Assembly: GCA_040081625.1 (NCBI GenBank)
Contig: JBEBGD010000021.1
Location: forward strand, 1 to 62,833
Source: Chthoniobacteraceae bacterium
Lineage (GTDB): Bacteria > Verrucomicrobiota > Verrucomicrobiia > Chthoniobacterales > Chthoniobacteraceae
Length of the DNA: 62,833 nucleotides
Direction: 5' to 3'
Every line of letters begins with the position of its first letter. Within the stretch, counting starts at the first letter, position 1. Below the pieces are notes generated by a model. That model made no database searches and was not told the origin of the DNA. It worked only from the letters and a program-made list of their open reading frames with translations. Below are positions 21,397 through 31,621 of the stretch, piece by piece. The position numbers and the translations under genes are program-made.

Positions 21397-23358
21397 ATGT
21401 TCCTCCCCAGCGCGCGAGTCGCCATCTTTTCCCTCCTCACGCTGCTGCTCGCGGGCTGCGATAACGACCCGAACCCGGAGCCGTATCGCAAGACGCGGCC
21501 CGACGGTTCGCCGTGGCGCGTGCGCTACATGGGGCTGCCCGCGGACCCGAAGTCGTTGGACCCGCAGTTCGCCTACACCACGATCGATCAGCAGATCATC
21601 GAGCCGGTGTATGACAAGCTGCTCGAGTATCACCCGATGAAGGCGGACCCGGTCGAGCTGCAGCCGGCGATGCTCGAGGCGATCCCGAAGAAGGAGGTGC
21701 ATCCCGATGGGAAGGTGAGCTACCGCTGCCGGCTCAAGCGCGGCATTTTCTACCACGACGACCGGTGCTTCCCCGGTGGAAAAGGGCGCGAGGTCGTGGC
21801 GGCGGATGTCCACTACGTGCTCCAGCGACTGGCCGATCCGAAGGTCGAGTCGCCGTTCTTTGCGCCGCTCGAGCAGAAGGTCATCGGGTTGCGCGAGGCG
21901 CGTGAGGTGGGCATCGCGAAGACGGGAACGTTCGACTACGCGACGCCGGTGAGTGGGTTCGAGGCGATCGATACGCACACCTTCCGCATCCACCTCAACG
22001 GGCCGTATCCGCAGCTCCTCTACTGGATGGCGATGAATACGTTGAGCCCCGTCGCGCGCGAGGCGGTCGAGTATTACGACGGGAAAATGCACGACGGCGA
22101 AGTGCGCCCGAAGTTCCGCTTCTACGCGGTCGGGCATGGGCCGTTTCGCATGCGCGAATACACGCCGCGCCGCGCGATCCGCTACGAGCGCGTCGAGGGC
22201 TATCACACGAATGTCTTCCCGAGCGACGGCTTCCCGCCGGAGAAGGCGGAGTGGCTCAAGCAGTTCGCCGGCAAGGCGCTGCCGCTCTTCGATGAACTGC
22301 ACATCCTCATCGTGCAGGAGACGATCCCCGGCTTCGTGCTCGGGCGGCAGGGCTACCTCGACAGCATCACGGCGAACAAGGACGCCTTCGCCGCGATCGT
22401 GACCTCCGACCGGCAGCTCACGCCGAAATACAAGGCGCGCGGCATGGGCCTCGAACTGGTCGGCCTGCCGGGGACGTTCTTCATCAGCTTCAACATGCAG
22501 GACCCGATCGTGGGAAAAAACGCGAAGCTGCGGAAGGCGATCTCGTGCGCCTACGATGCGCGCGACTACGTGCAGATTTTTTACAGCGGCGTCGCGCCCG
22601 TGTCGAACCAGCTCGTCCCACGCGGGCTCTTCGGCTACGACCCGCACTATGTGAACCCGAACGGCTACGACTTGGAGAAAGCGAAGCGTCTGCTCGCCGA
22701 GGCCGGTTATCCGGGTGGGCGGGATGCGAAGACGGGCGAGCAACTCGTGCTGACCGTCGAGGAGCCCGTCGCCGGCACCGAGGAGCGGCAGCGTGCTGAG
22801 TTCGAGCAGCGGCTGTTCGAGGCGCTCGGGATCAAGATCAAGGTCAACGAAAACACCTTTGCCCGCGTGATCGAGCGCCTCGAGCAGGGGAACTTCCAGA
22901 TCGGCAGCGGCACGGGCTGGGCGGCGGACTATCCCGACCCGGAGAATTTCTTCATGCTTTTCTACAGCAAGAATTTTCCCCGCGAAGGTGCCAACTACAG
23001 CCGCTACAGCCGCCCGGAATTCGACCGCGCCTACGAGCAGATGGCCACGATGGAAGACGGACCGGAGCGTCTCGCGCTCATCCAGCAAATGAATGCGATG
23101 CTCGCCGAGGATTGCCCGGCGATCTTTCAATTCGACAAGGCGACCTACATCGCCCCGCAGCCGTGGGCGCTCTGGACGCACAACCACCCGATGATCGAAT
23201 ACAGCTACAACAAGTATCATCAGGTCGATCCGGTGCTGCGCGTAAAGCTGCGCCGCGAATGGAATCACCAGCCCATGTGGCCGCTCGTCATCCTCGGCGG
23301 CATCGTCCTAGCCGGCCTCGGCTACGCCGTGCGCTGGAACCTCCGGAGCCATGTTTAA
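21397..23358 (+). CDS. ABC transporter substrate-binding lipoprotein (OppA/family 5)
   Basis: LAGC lipobox, DPKSLDP, VGHGPF, AKRLLAEAGYPGG, GWAADYPDPENF. Confidence 0.9.
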   Translation: MFLPSARVAIFSLLTLLLAGCDNDPNPEPYRKTRPDGSPWRVRYMGLPADPKSLDPQFAYTTIDQQIIEPVYDKLLEYHPMKADPVELQPAMLEAIPKKEVHPDGKVSYRCRLKRGIFYHDDRCFPGGKGREVVAADVHYVLQRLADPKVESPFFAPLEQKVIGLREAREVGIAKTGTFDYATPVSGFEAIDTHTFRIHLNGPYPQLLYWMAMNTLSPVAREAVEYYDGKMHDGEVRPKFRFYAVGHGPFRMREYTPRRAIRYERVEGYHTNVFPSDGFPPEKAEWLKQFAGKALPLFDELHILIVQETIPGFVLGRQGYLDSITANKDAFAAIVTSDRQLTPKYKARGMGLELVGLPGTFFISFNMQDPIVGKNAKLRKAISCAYDARDYVQIFYSGVAPVSNQLVPRGLFGYDPHYVNPNGYDLEKAKRLLAEAGYPGGRDAKTGEQLVLTVEEPVAGTEERQRAEFEQRLFEALGIKIKVNENTFARVIERLEQGNFQIGSGTGWAADYPDPENFFMLFYSKNFPREGANYSRYSRPEFDRAYEQMATMEDGPERLALIQQMNAMLAEDCPAIFQFDKATYIAPQPWALWTHNHPMIEYSYNKYHQVDPVLRVKLRREWNHQPMWPLVILGGIVLAGLGYAVRWNLRSHV

Positions 23359-24289
23359 CTACATCGTCCGCCGCCTCCTTTACTCGGTGCCGATCCTCAT
23401 CGGCGTGATCGCGCTGACCTTCACGCTCGATAACGTGATGATGACGCCCGACGCGAAAGCCTCGCGGGTGCTTGGTCCGAAGGCGTCCGGCACCGCGCGC
23501 GTGGAGTGGATTCACAACCGCGGCCTCGACCGGCCAATCCCGGTGCAGTTCGTCCGTTATGTCAAAGACCTCGTGACTTTCAATTTCGGCACCACCTGGG
23601 TCACGGGCCGCGAACTGCGCGAGGTCTTCCTGGAAGGCATCGGGCCCTCGCTCTTCATCACCGTGCCTGGATTTTTCGCCGCGCTGCTCGCCTCGCTCGG
23701 GCTCGCGCTCTTCCAGGTCTTCGTGCGCAGCTCGCCGCTCGACCGCCTGCTCACTCTCGGCAGCGTCGCGCTCATGAGCGTGCCGACGATGGTCTATGTC
23801 ATCTTCGCGCAGGCCGTGCTCGCGCTGAACCTGCGCTATTTCCCCGCCTACGGCTTCGCCTACGAGCCCGGGATGATCCGCTTCCTCGCGCTGCCGGTGG
23901 TGATCTTCATCCTCATCAACGTCGGCTACGATGCGCGGCTCTACCGCGCGATCTTCCTCGAGGAAGTCGGGCACGACTACGTGCGCACCGCGCACGCAAA
24001 AGGCGTGGGCAGTTCGCGCGTGCTCGCGGTGCATGTGTTCAAGAACGGCCTCATCGCGCTCATCACGCTCGTCGTCGCGCATCTGCCCAAGCTCGTCCTT
24101 GGCTCGCTGCTCATCGAGAGCCTCTTCGGCATCCCCGGTCTCGGCAGCGTGCTCGTGCAAGCCATCCAGACCGGCGATCAGCCTGTGGTCATGGTCAGCG
24201 TCTTCCTCGGCTCCGTGCTCTACCTGCTGAGCCTCATCGTCACCGACATCTGCTACGCGCTGGCCGATCCGCGCATCCGCCTCTCGTGA
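23351..24289 (+). CDS. ABC transporter permease (OppB-like)
   Basis: YIVRRLL, EAA loop DYVRTAHAKG, ESLFGIPGLG, ADPRIR. Confidence 0.92.
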   Translation: MFNYIVRRLLYSVPILIGVIALTFTLDNVMMTPDAKASRVLGPKASGTARVEWIHNRGLDRPIPVQFVRYVKDLVTFNFGTTWVTGRELREVFLEGIGPSLFITVPGFFAALLASLGLALFQVFVRSSPLDRLLTLGSVALMSVPTMVYVIFAQAVLALNLRYFPAYGFAYEPGMIRFLALPVVIFILINVGYDARLYRAIFLEEVGHDYVRTAHAKGVGSSRVLAVHVFKNGLIALITLVVAHLPKLVLGSLLIESLFGIPGLGSVLVQAIQTGDQPVVMVSVFLGSVLYLLSLIVTDICYALADPRIRLS

Positions 24290-25311
24290 TGGAATCGCTC
24301 GCACGCTTTTGGGGCCATTGGCTCACGCAGGATTTGTTGGGCCTCGGCGCCATCGCGCTCGTATTCGTCCTTCTCTGGCGTGGCGCCCGCAACGAACGCT
24401 GGCGGCGCGCCGTCCAGCGGATGAAGGGCGATCGTGTCGGTCTCATCGCGCTTTTCGTCGTGCTGATTTATCTCGTCTGCGGCGCGCTCGAGTTGCTCCG
24501 CATCCCCGGTGGTCCGGCCGGGGCGCAGAGCATCCTCGATCTCATCACCGCCGGCATTCCAGCCGAGAAGAGCTACAGCGCCCCGATGGCCGACGAACTC
24601 CTCGGCTCCGTGCGCCACGAAAAGCTCAACGGCCGCCACTTGCTCGGCACGGACGTGCTCGGAAAGGACGTGCTCGTCCAGACGCTCAAGGCCTGCCGGA
24701 CCGCGCTGGTCATCGGCGGACTCACCAGCGCCATCTACGTCCCGCTGGGCGCGCTCCTCGGCATCCTCGCCGGCTACTTCCGCCGCCGGGTCGATGATGT
24801 GGTGCAATATCTCTACAGCACTCTCGCCTCCATCCCCGAGGTGCTCCTGCTCGTCGCCATCCTCATGGTCCTCGGCAAAGGCCTCGGCAGCATGTCCATC
24901 GCGCTCGGCGTCACCGGCTGGGTTACCCTCTGCCGGCTGATCCGCGGCGAGACGATGCGGCAGAGCGAGCGTCCCTACGTGGCCGCCGCCCGCGCGCTCG
25001 GCCAGACTCATTGGAAGATCATCACCCGCCACCTCCTGCCGAACGTGATGCACCTCGTCCTCATCAGCTTTGTGCTCGGCTTCTCGGGCATCGTGCTGGC
25101 CGAGGCCATCCTCAGCTACCTCGGCGTCGGCGCGCCCGTGGGCACCGCGAGCTGGGGCGCGATGATCGACTCCGGCCGCACGGAACTCGCCCGGGACCCA
25201 CTGGTTTGGTGGAATATCAGCGCCGCCACCGGCGCGCTCTTCATCCTCGTCCTCTCGCTCAATGTGCTCGGCGATTCGCTGCGCCGCGCCTTTGATCCGA
25301 AGCACGCCTAA
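24289..25311 (+). CDS. ABC transporter permease (OppC-like)
   Basis: ATG 24289 overlaps the upstream stop; HLLGTDVLGKD, YVAAARALG, EAILSYLG, LGDSLRRAFDP. Confidence 0.9.
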   Translation: MESLARFWGHWLTQDLLGLGAIALVFVLLWRGARNERWRRAVQRMKGDRVGLIALFVVLIYLVCGALELLRIPGGPAGAQSILDLITAGIPAEKSYSAPMADELLGSVRHEKLNGRHLLGTDVLGKDVLVQTLKACRTALVIGGLTSAIYVPLGALLGILAGYFRRRVDDVVQYLYSTLASIPEVLLLVAILMVLGKGLGSMSIALGVTGWVTLCRLIRGETMRQSERPYVAAARALGQTHWKIITRHLLPNVMHLVLISFVLGFSGIVLAEAILSYLGVGAPVGTASWGAMIDSGRTELARDPLVWWNISAATGALFILVLSLNVLGDSLRRAFDPKHA

Positions 25312-25385
25312 GCTTTGCCATGACACGGGCTATCCTAAAGTGCCCGTTGCACCACAACGGGGCTGTGCTCCACTGACTTACTCCT

Positions 25386-25694
25386 ATGATTACTCAGGCC
25401 TCCCTTTTCAATCTCGCGGGCCCCGACCTCCTCATCATTTTCTTCGTCATCCTGCTGCTCTTCGGTGCGAAGAAGCTGCCGGAACTCGCGAAGGGCCTCG
25501 GCCAGGCGGTAAAGGAGTTCGGTCGCGCGAAGGACGACTTCGAGCGCGAGATCTCGGCACCGCCGGCGCCGCCAGCGGAGGCTGCCAAGCAGATCGACGA
25601 GGCGAAAGTCGCGAAGGCCGAGGAGCCGGCGCACCCGGACGAGCAGCACGACGGCCACCACGAGGAGACGGTGCCGACGACCAAGGTGGTCTGA
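25386..25694 (+). CDS. tatA: Twin-arginine translocase TatA/TatE subunit
   Basis: TM helix + LLFGAKKLPELAKGLGQAVKEF. Confidence 0.93.
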   Translation: MITQASLFNLAGPDLLIIFFVILLLFGAKKLPELAKGLGQAVKEFGRAKDDFEREISAPPAPPAEAAKQIDEAKVAKAEEPAHPDEQHDGHHEETVPTTKVV

Positions 25695-25760
25695 TTCGCT
25701 CCAAAGTTTTTTTCCAAGTCAGGCTCGCTGCTGTCAGCGGGCCTGATTTGTTTTAAGCCC

Positions 25761-26666
25761 ATGTTTCGCCGGTTCCTCCCCGTCCTCTTCGCACTCAGCC
25801 TGCTCGCTCGCGCCGCCGAGCCGGGCGAGATCATCTTTTGCAGCTACAACGTGGAGAACTACACCGCCGGCCATCCGGCGAGTGACAAGTCGCCTTACGC
25901 GCTGCGGGCGAAGTCGGAGAAGTCGATCGCTGCGCTCGTGGCGATCGTGAAGGAGATCGGGCCGGCCATCCTCGGAGTCTGTGAGATGGGCTCGGTGGAG
26001 AAACTTGCGGAGTTTCAGAAACGGCTCGCGGATGCGGGCGTGGATCTGCCGCACTCGGAGTTCGTCGCCGCGCTGGATGAAGACCGGCACCTCGCGCTGC
26101 TGAGCCGCTTCCCGATCGTCGCGCGCAACTCCGCATCCGATGCCGGCTTCATGCTCAACGGCCGGCCGGAGCGCGTGCGCCGCGGATTTCTCGACGTGAC
26201 GATCGAGGTGAATGCCAGCTACCGGCTGCGCTGCGTGGGTGTGCATCTCAAGTCGAAGCTGCCCATCCCGGAGGGCGAGGCGCTCGTGCGGCGGCTTGAG
26301 GCCGGGAAGCTGCGCGAGCATCTCGATGGCATCTTCTCCACGGACGCGGACGTGAACCTGATCTGCTACGGCGACTTCAACGACACGAAGGATCAACCGA
26401 TGTTCCACGAGGTCACCGGCGCAAAGGGCTCGCCGCGTTTCATGACCGATCTTTGGTGTCGCGATCCGCTTGGCGATCGCTGGACGTATTACTGGCGCAC
26501 GGCGGACCAATATTCGCGGATCGATTACCTCTTCGTCAGCCCCAGTCTTTTCCCGGAAATCGATCGCACGAAATCCGCGGTGTATCGCTCCGAGCACTGG
26601 AGCGCGGCGAGCGATCACCGGCCCATTTCCGCGGCGATCCGGCCGGTGAATGTCACGCGGCGCTGA
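25761..26666 (+). CDS. Secreted endonuclease/exonuclease/phosphatase family protein
   Basis: SYNVEN, GVCE, VHLKS, GDFND, RIDY, ASDHRP. Confidence 0.88.
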   Translation: MFRRFLPVLFALSLLARAAEPGEIIFCSYNVENYTAGHPASDKSPYALRAKSEKSIAALVAIVKEIGPAILGVCEMGSVEKLAEFQKRLADAGVDLPHSEFVAALDEDRHLALLSRFPIVARNSASDAGFMLNGRPERVRRGFLDVTIEVNASYRLRCVGVHLKSKLPIPEGEALVRRLEAGKLREHLDGIFSTDADVNLICYGDFNDTKDQPMFHEVTGAKGSPRFMTDLWCRDPLGDRWTYYWRTADQYSRIDYLFVSPSLFPEIDRTKSAVYRSEHWSAASDHRPISAAIRPVNVTRR

Positions 26667-26709
26667 AGTTTGCGCTGGCAGCGGCGTGAAACTTCGACGT
26701 TGGTTGCGG

Positions 26710-29508
26710 ATGCGATTGCTTCTCCGCATGCTCGCGGGTGTTCTCCTCTCGGTCACGGCACTCCATGCCGGGCCGTTGAAGGACTCCTATCGGCTCGCGG
26801 AGCGCGGTGAGTGGAAGGAGTTCGAGGTCGCTCGCGACGAGGTGCATCGAGCGCGCGGGGTCGAGCAGCTCGCGGTGGCGTTGCGGTCGGTCGCGGAAGT
26901 GCGCGACCGCGCCACCGGCGGGGATCTCATCCTTTATCCGAAAGGCGTGCGGCGGGACGACTCGACGCGTCGCTACGTGACGCGGCAGGTCGCCGTGCGG
27001 CTGGCGCCGGGAGTCGATATCGCGCCGGTGGCGATGCTCACGCGCAGCCGCGTCGTGCGCGCGCTCGGGCGGACGCAGCGCTGGTTCGTGATCGAGGCCG
27101 CGGCGGAGCCGGGCAGCTCGCTCGAGGCGGCGGAACTCATCGGGCGCATCCCCGGCGTGCTCGCGGTCGAGCCACAGCTCGCGCGCCAGCAGCAGCGCCG
27201 CGCGACGATCCCGAACGATCCGCTCTTCGCCCGCCAGTGGCATCTGCTCAACTCGGGACAGGGCGGGGGACAGGCAGGGATCGACGCGAACGTGACTGGT
27301 GTGTGGGATCGCTTTCGCGGGCTGGGCGTGACGATCGCCATCGTGGATGACGGCCTCGAGCACTCGCACCCGGACCTCGCGCCCAACTACAGCCCGGCGC
27401 TCAGCTTCGACTTCAATTTCCACGACCCCGAGCCGATGCCCGCGCCCTTCGATTTCAATGATCACGGCACCGCGTGCGCGGGGCTCGCCGCCGCGCGCGG
27501 CAACAACAACCGCGGGGTGACCGGCGCCGCATACGAGGCCACGCTCTCGGGCCTGCGCTTGATCTCGCGGCCGACGACCGATGCCGACGAAGCCGAGGCG
27601 TTCGGCTTCCGCAACGACGCGATCTTCATCAAGAGCAATAGCTGGGGTCCGACCGACAACGCGAAGACCCTCATGGGCGCAGGTCCGCTCTCGATCGCGG
27701 CGATGGAGGACGCCGTGGCCGACGGCCGCGGCGGGCGAGGGGTGATCTTCGCGTGGGCGTGCGGCAACGGCGGAGCGGTGGGCGACGACTCGAACTACGA
27801 CGGCTACGCGAACCTCCCCGAGGCACTCGCGATCGGCTCGATCGGCAACAGCGGTGCAATCGCCGGCTATTCCGAGTCGGGCGCGAACGTGCTGGCCGTC
27901 GCGCCGAGCAGCGGCGGCACGCTCGAAGTCACCACGACCGATCGCAAGGGTGAGGACGGTTTCAACTTCACCGGCAACCGCTCCGACCCGGTGTCCGATC
28001 GCGACTACACCGGCGCCTTCGGCGGCACCTCCGCCGCCGCGCCGCTGGCCGCGGGGGTCATCGCGCTCGTCCTTCAGGCGAATCCACAGCTCGGCTGGCG
28101 CGACTTGCGCGAAGTGCTCATCCGCACCGCGCGCAAGGTGAACCCCGCCGACCCGGGCTGGGTGACCAATGGCGCGGGCTTTCACTTTCATCACAAGTTC
28201 GGCGCGGGCCTCATCGATGCGGGCGCGGCGGTCGCGCTCGCCGAGACGTGGCCGAACCTCGGCCCGCGGACTTCCGCCGTGCGCGAGGAGAGATACGGCG
28301 CGGAGATCATCCCCGACAACAATCCCGCAGGCGTCGAGCACACGTTCACTTTTTCCGAGAGCGAACTGCGCGTCGAGCACGTGTGCGTGACGGTGGACAT
28401 CCGCCATAGCCGGCGGGGCCAGCTCCGCATCGAGATCGAGTCGCCCGCAGGCACAAAGAGTGTGCTCGCGCCGGGCCGGTCGCGCGACCTCGGGAAAAAC
28501 TTCAGCCCGTGGACGTTCATGTCCGTGCATCATTGGGGCGAGATGGCCGTGGGAGTGTGGAAGGTGCGAGTCATCGACCAGAGCCGGAAGACGGTCGGCA
28601 CGCTTGCGAACTTGAAGGTCGAGTTGTTCGGCTCGGAATTCGCGCTGCCGCTCGAGCCTGCCGGCGCGGTGCTCACTGCCGAGCAGACAGCGGATGGGAA
28701 CTACGAAACCGGCGAGCAAGTGACGGCTGGGTTTGCTTTGAAAAACACGACCGACACCGCGATCGCCGGCGTGAACGCGATGCTCGGCGCGGAAGGCGGC
28801 GTAGTCGTCCCGAGCGGGCCGCAGAGCTACGGCACGATCGCCCCCGGCCAGACCGTCTCTCGTCCGTTCACTTTCACCGTCGGGGCAAAACCGGGTGAGA
28901 CGATCCGCGCCGCGTTCACGCTGACGAGCGACGCCGGCAGTCATCCGCGCGCGGTTTTCAAGCTGCCCGCCGGGCGCCGCCCCGCGCAGCCGCTGCGCTA
29001 CACCCACACCGGCGTGCTCGCCGTGCCGGGCACCGGCAAGACGGGCATCGCATCGGAATACCCGAGCTTCATCACTGTGTATCCATTCGGCCTGCCCGTC
29101 GGCTCCGCGCCTGTCGTGACGAAGGTGACCGTGACGCTCCGGGGCCTGACCCACCAGCGCACGCCCGATGTGGATGCGCTGCTCGTCCACGCGAGCAGTT
29201 GGCGCAGCGCGATGCTGCTCTCCGACGCGGGCGCGGGCGCCGCGCCGAACCTGACTCTGACTTTCGACGACGACGCGATGCAGCCACTCACGAATGCGCT
29301 TCTCACCTCCGGCACCTATCGGCCGAAGAACCTCGGCTCGCAGATCGACCTGATGCCAGGCGGGCCGCCGAAGCCCTACGGCAATTCGCTCTCGATCTTC
29401 AACGGCGTCACGCCGCTCGATCAATGGCTGCTCTACATCCGTGACGATCAAACCGGCAGCATCGGCACGATCACCGGGTGGGACTTGACGATCGACTACG
29501 CGTATTGA
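26710..29508 (+). CDS. S8 serine peptidase, kexin/furin-like, with two proprotein-convertase P domains
   Basis: Triad IVDDG / DHGTACAG / FGGTSAAAP, oxyanion ACGNGG, SNSWGP; P domains (LRVEHVCV..HHWGE..GVWKVRV and VTLRGLTH..WLLYIRD). Confidence 0.9.
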   Translation: MRLLLRMLAGVLLSVTALHAGPLKDSYRLAERGEWKEFEVARDEVHRARGVEQLAVALRSVAEVRDRATGGDLILYPKGVRRDDSTRRYVTRQVAVRLAPGVDIAPVAMLTRSRVVRALGRTQRWFVIEAAAEPGSSLEAAELIGRIPGVLAVEPQLARQQQRRATIPNDPLFARQWHLLNSGQGGGQAGIDANVTGVWDRFRGLGVTIAIVDDGLEHSHPDLAPNYSPALSFDFNFHDPEPMPAPFDFNDHGTACAGLAAARGNNNRGVTGAAYEATLSGLRLISRPTTDADEAEAFGFRNDAIFIKSNSWGPTDNAKTLMGAGPLSIAAMEDAVADGRGGRGVIFAWACGNGGAVGDDSNYDGYANLPEALAIGSIGNSGAIAGYSESGANVLAVAPSSGGTLEVTTTDRKGEDGFNFTGNRSDPVSDRDYTGAFGGTSAAAPLAAGVIALVLQANPQLGWRDLREVLIRTARKVNPADPGWVTNGAGFHFHHKFGAGLIDAGAAVALAETWPNLGPRTSAVREERYGAEIIPDNNPAGVEHTFTFSESELRVEHVCVTVDIRHSRRGQLRIEIESPAGTKSVLAPGRSRDLGKNFSPWTFMSVHHWGEMAVGVWKVRVIDQSRKTVGTLANLKVELFGSEFALPLEPAGAVLTAEQTADGNYETGEQVTAGFALKNTTDTAIAGVNAMLGAEGGVVVPSGPQSYGTIAPGQTVSRPFTFTVGAKPGETIRAAFTLTSDAGSHPRAVFKLPAGRRPAQPLRYTHTGVLAVPGTGKTGIASEYPSFITVYPFGLPVGSAPVVTKVTVTLRGLTHQRTPDVDALLVHASSWRSAMLLSDAGAGAAPNLTLTFDDDAMQPLTNALLTSGTYRPKNLGSQIDLMPGGPPKPYGNSLSIFNGVTPLDQWLLYIRDDQTGSIGTITGWDLTIDYAY

Positions 29509-29557
29509 GCGGCAAACCGCTGGCCAGTCCCGCTGCGCTCGCGTAAAACGCGCGCCC

Positions 29558-30247
29558 ATGCTTTCCGTCGTCGTCCCGCTTTACAACGAGCAAGACAACA
29601 TCGCCGCGCTCCAGCGCGAAGTCGCCGCCGCGCTCGCGGGGCTCGATCACGAGCTGATCCTCGTGGACGACTGCTCGAGCGACGACACGCTCGCGCGCAT
29701 CGAGCGTGGGCCTGGCGTGCGCGTGATCGAGTTTGCGAAGAACACCGGCCAGAGCGCCGCGATGTATGCGGGCATCATGGCAGCCAGGGGCGACACGATC
29801 GCGTTGCTGGATGGCGACCTGCAAAACGATCCCGCCGACATCCGCACGCTCCTCGCCGAGCTGGAGAAAGGCCACGACCTCGTCTGCGGCTACCGCGCCA
29901 GGCGCAAGGACACGACCTTCAAGCGCATCCAAAGCCGCATCGCCAATGCCGTGCGCAGCCGCTTCACCCGCGACGGCGTGCGCGACACCGGCTGCACGCT
30001 CAAGCTCATGCGCGTGCAGTGCCGCGAAGCGCTCGTGCCCTTCTACGGCATGCACCGCTTCCTCCCCGCGCTGATCAAAGGCATGGGCTACCGCGTGACC
30101 GAACTCCCCGTCAATCACCGCCCGCGCACCGCCGGCGTGAGCAAATACGGCTTCGGCAACCGCGCGTGGAAAGCGACGTGCGACATGTTCGCCGTCCGCT
30201 GGCTGCTCTCGCGCCAGGTGAAGATCCGGGTGCGACGGGAGTCGTAA
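29558..30247 (+). CDS. Glycosyltransferase family 2 (polyprenol-phosphate glycosyltransferase-like)
   Basis: SVVVPLYNE, VDDCSSD, DGDLQNDP, DTGCTLK, HRFLP. Confidence 0.92.
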   Translation: MLSVVVPLYNEQDNIAALQREVAAALAGLDHELILVDDCSSDDTLARIERGPGVRVIEFAKNTGQSAAMYAGIMAARGDTIALLDGDLQNDPADIRTLLAELEKGHDLVCGYRARRKDTTFKRIQSRIANAVRSRFTRDGVRDTGCTLKLMRVQCREALVPFYGMHRFLPALIKGMGYRVTELPVNHRPRTAGVSKYGFGNRAWKATCDMFAVRWLLSRQVKIRVRRES

Positions 30248-30357
30248 TACGATCATGCCGCCGGTTCACGGCGGATCTCGAACCGGTTATCGGTTCGCGG
30301 AGCCCCGCTCAAGCCGTCCCGCCGGGGGCACCAGTCCGGCATCTGCGCGTCGGCTCG

Positions 30358-31443
30358 TCACTTGGACAATTGCACGACCAGCACCCACGCGGGTCCCTGG
30401 CCGGTCTCGTAGGTCTTCAGCGCATGCAGCGCGCCGGTCGCGGAGTCGATGCGATAGGACGCGAGCCGATGCGAGCCCTGGCCTGCGGCGAAGATGAACT
30501 TGCCCGTGGGATCGATCGCGAATGAGCGCGGCGTCTTCTCCGTCGGCGTTTGCCCGAGCGATGTCAGCTTGCCGGTGGCCTGGTCGATCGCGTAGCCCGC
30601 GAGGCTGTCGTGGCCGCGGTTCGAGCCATACACGTATTTTCCGTCCGGCGTGATGTGGATGTCGGCGCAGGAGTTTTTTGCGGCGAAGTCCTGCGGCAGC
30701 GTGGGCAGCGTCTGGAGCGGCTTGAGCGTGCCTTTGCCCGCGTCGTAGGCGAGCGCGGTCATGCTGCTGCTCTTCTCGTTCACGACGTAGGCGAAGGGCT
30801 TGGTCGGATGGAATGTCATGTGGCGCGGGCCGTCCACGGGCTGGAATCCGACGTCCGCCGGTTCGTTTGCGGCGAGCTTTCCGGTGGCGGGATCGAAGCG
30901 AAACTGGAGCACCTTGTCCGCGCCGCAGAGCGGCGAGAAAACGAAACGATTTTCCCGGTCGGTGAGGATCGAGTGCGGGTTGCGGCCTGTCGCGATGTCC
31001 GAGACGGGCGTCGCCTCGACGGTGCCATCGGGTGCGATGCGATGAACCGTGACGCGGTCGCCGCCGTAGTCAGCCGCGAGCAGATTGCGACCGGTGCGAT
31101 CGACGATCAGATACGCCGGATTTACGTTGGTCACGACCGTGCCGGCCGCGGTCAACGAACCGTCCGCCGGATTGACGCGCAGCGTCTGCACGCTCTTGCC
31201 CTGTCGCAGCGCGGCGTAGAGGAACTTGCGATCCGGGCTGATCGCGAGTGGCCCCGGGTTGCCTTCGAGCGCGACCACGCCGCGCGCGGTCAGTTCGCCC
31301 GACGCGGGATTGAGGTCGAAAAGGGAGATGTCCTTCGAGCCGCCGTTCGAGACATAGACGACGGTGCGCTCGGCCCGGGCGCTGAACGCGAGGGCGGCGA
31401 AGAGGGTGACGGCGAGGAACGGGAGGAGGTGCGTGGCTTTCAT
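30358..31443 (-). CDS. pgl: 6-phosphogluconolactonase/lactonase family beta-propeller (with signal peptide)
   Basis: GPRHMTFHP, YVVNE, ADIHITPDGKYVYGSNRGHDS, TPRSFAIDP. Confidence 0.8.
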   Translation of the reverse strand: MKATHLLPFLAVTLFAALAFSARAERTVVYVSNGGSKDISLFDLNPASGELTARGVVALEGNPGPLAISPDRKFLYAALRQGKSVQTLRVNPADGSLTAAGTVVTNVNPAYLIVDRTGRNLLAADYGGDRVTVHRIAPDGTVEATPVSDIATGRNPHSILTDRENRFVFSPLCGADKVLQFRFDPATGKLAANEPADVGFQPVDGPRHMTFHPTKPFAYVVNEKSSSMTALAYDAGKGTLKPLQTLPTLPQDFAAKNSCADIHITPDGKYVYGSNRGHDSLAGYAIDQATGKLTSLGQTPTEKTPRSFAIDPTGKFIFAAGQGSHRLASYRIDSATGALHALKTYETGQGPAWVLVVQLSK

Positions 31444-31621
31444 GCGCGGGAGAGTTGTGGCGCGAGGCGGTGCGGTCACGCACGGATCGCCACTCGTTTC
31501 GGCAGGCCTCGGTGCGGGGGAGTCGCGCGTGCGCGCCTACCCAAACGTAGCGACCGCGCAGCAGGATCGTTCATGGCGCGGCTCTACGGGAGTGGCAGCT
31601 TACGGGTTACTCCACCCGACC

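Noticed and set aside
26653..29559. 968-aa minus-strand ORF, and similar long antisense ORFs (46998..49934, 21322..23268, 17557..19473, 49925..52045, 33829..35622)
   Set aside because: They mirror well-supported genes on the other strand, have no recognisable motifs, and are expected from stop-codon scarcity in high-GC DNA.
30258..30297. Two small tandem hairpins between convergent genes (CCGCCG-gttca-CGGCGG, CGAACCG-gttat-CGGTTCG)
   Set aside because: Short stems with no U-tract; could be chance or a weak terminator, not enough to call.
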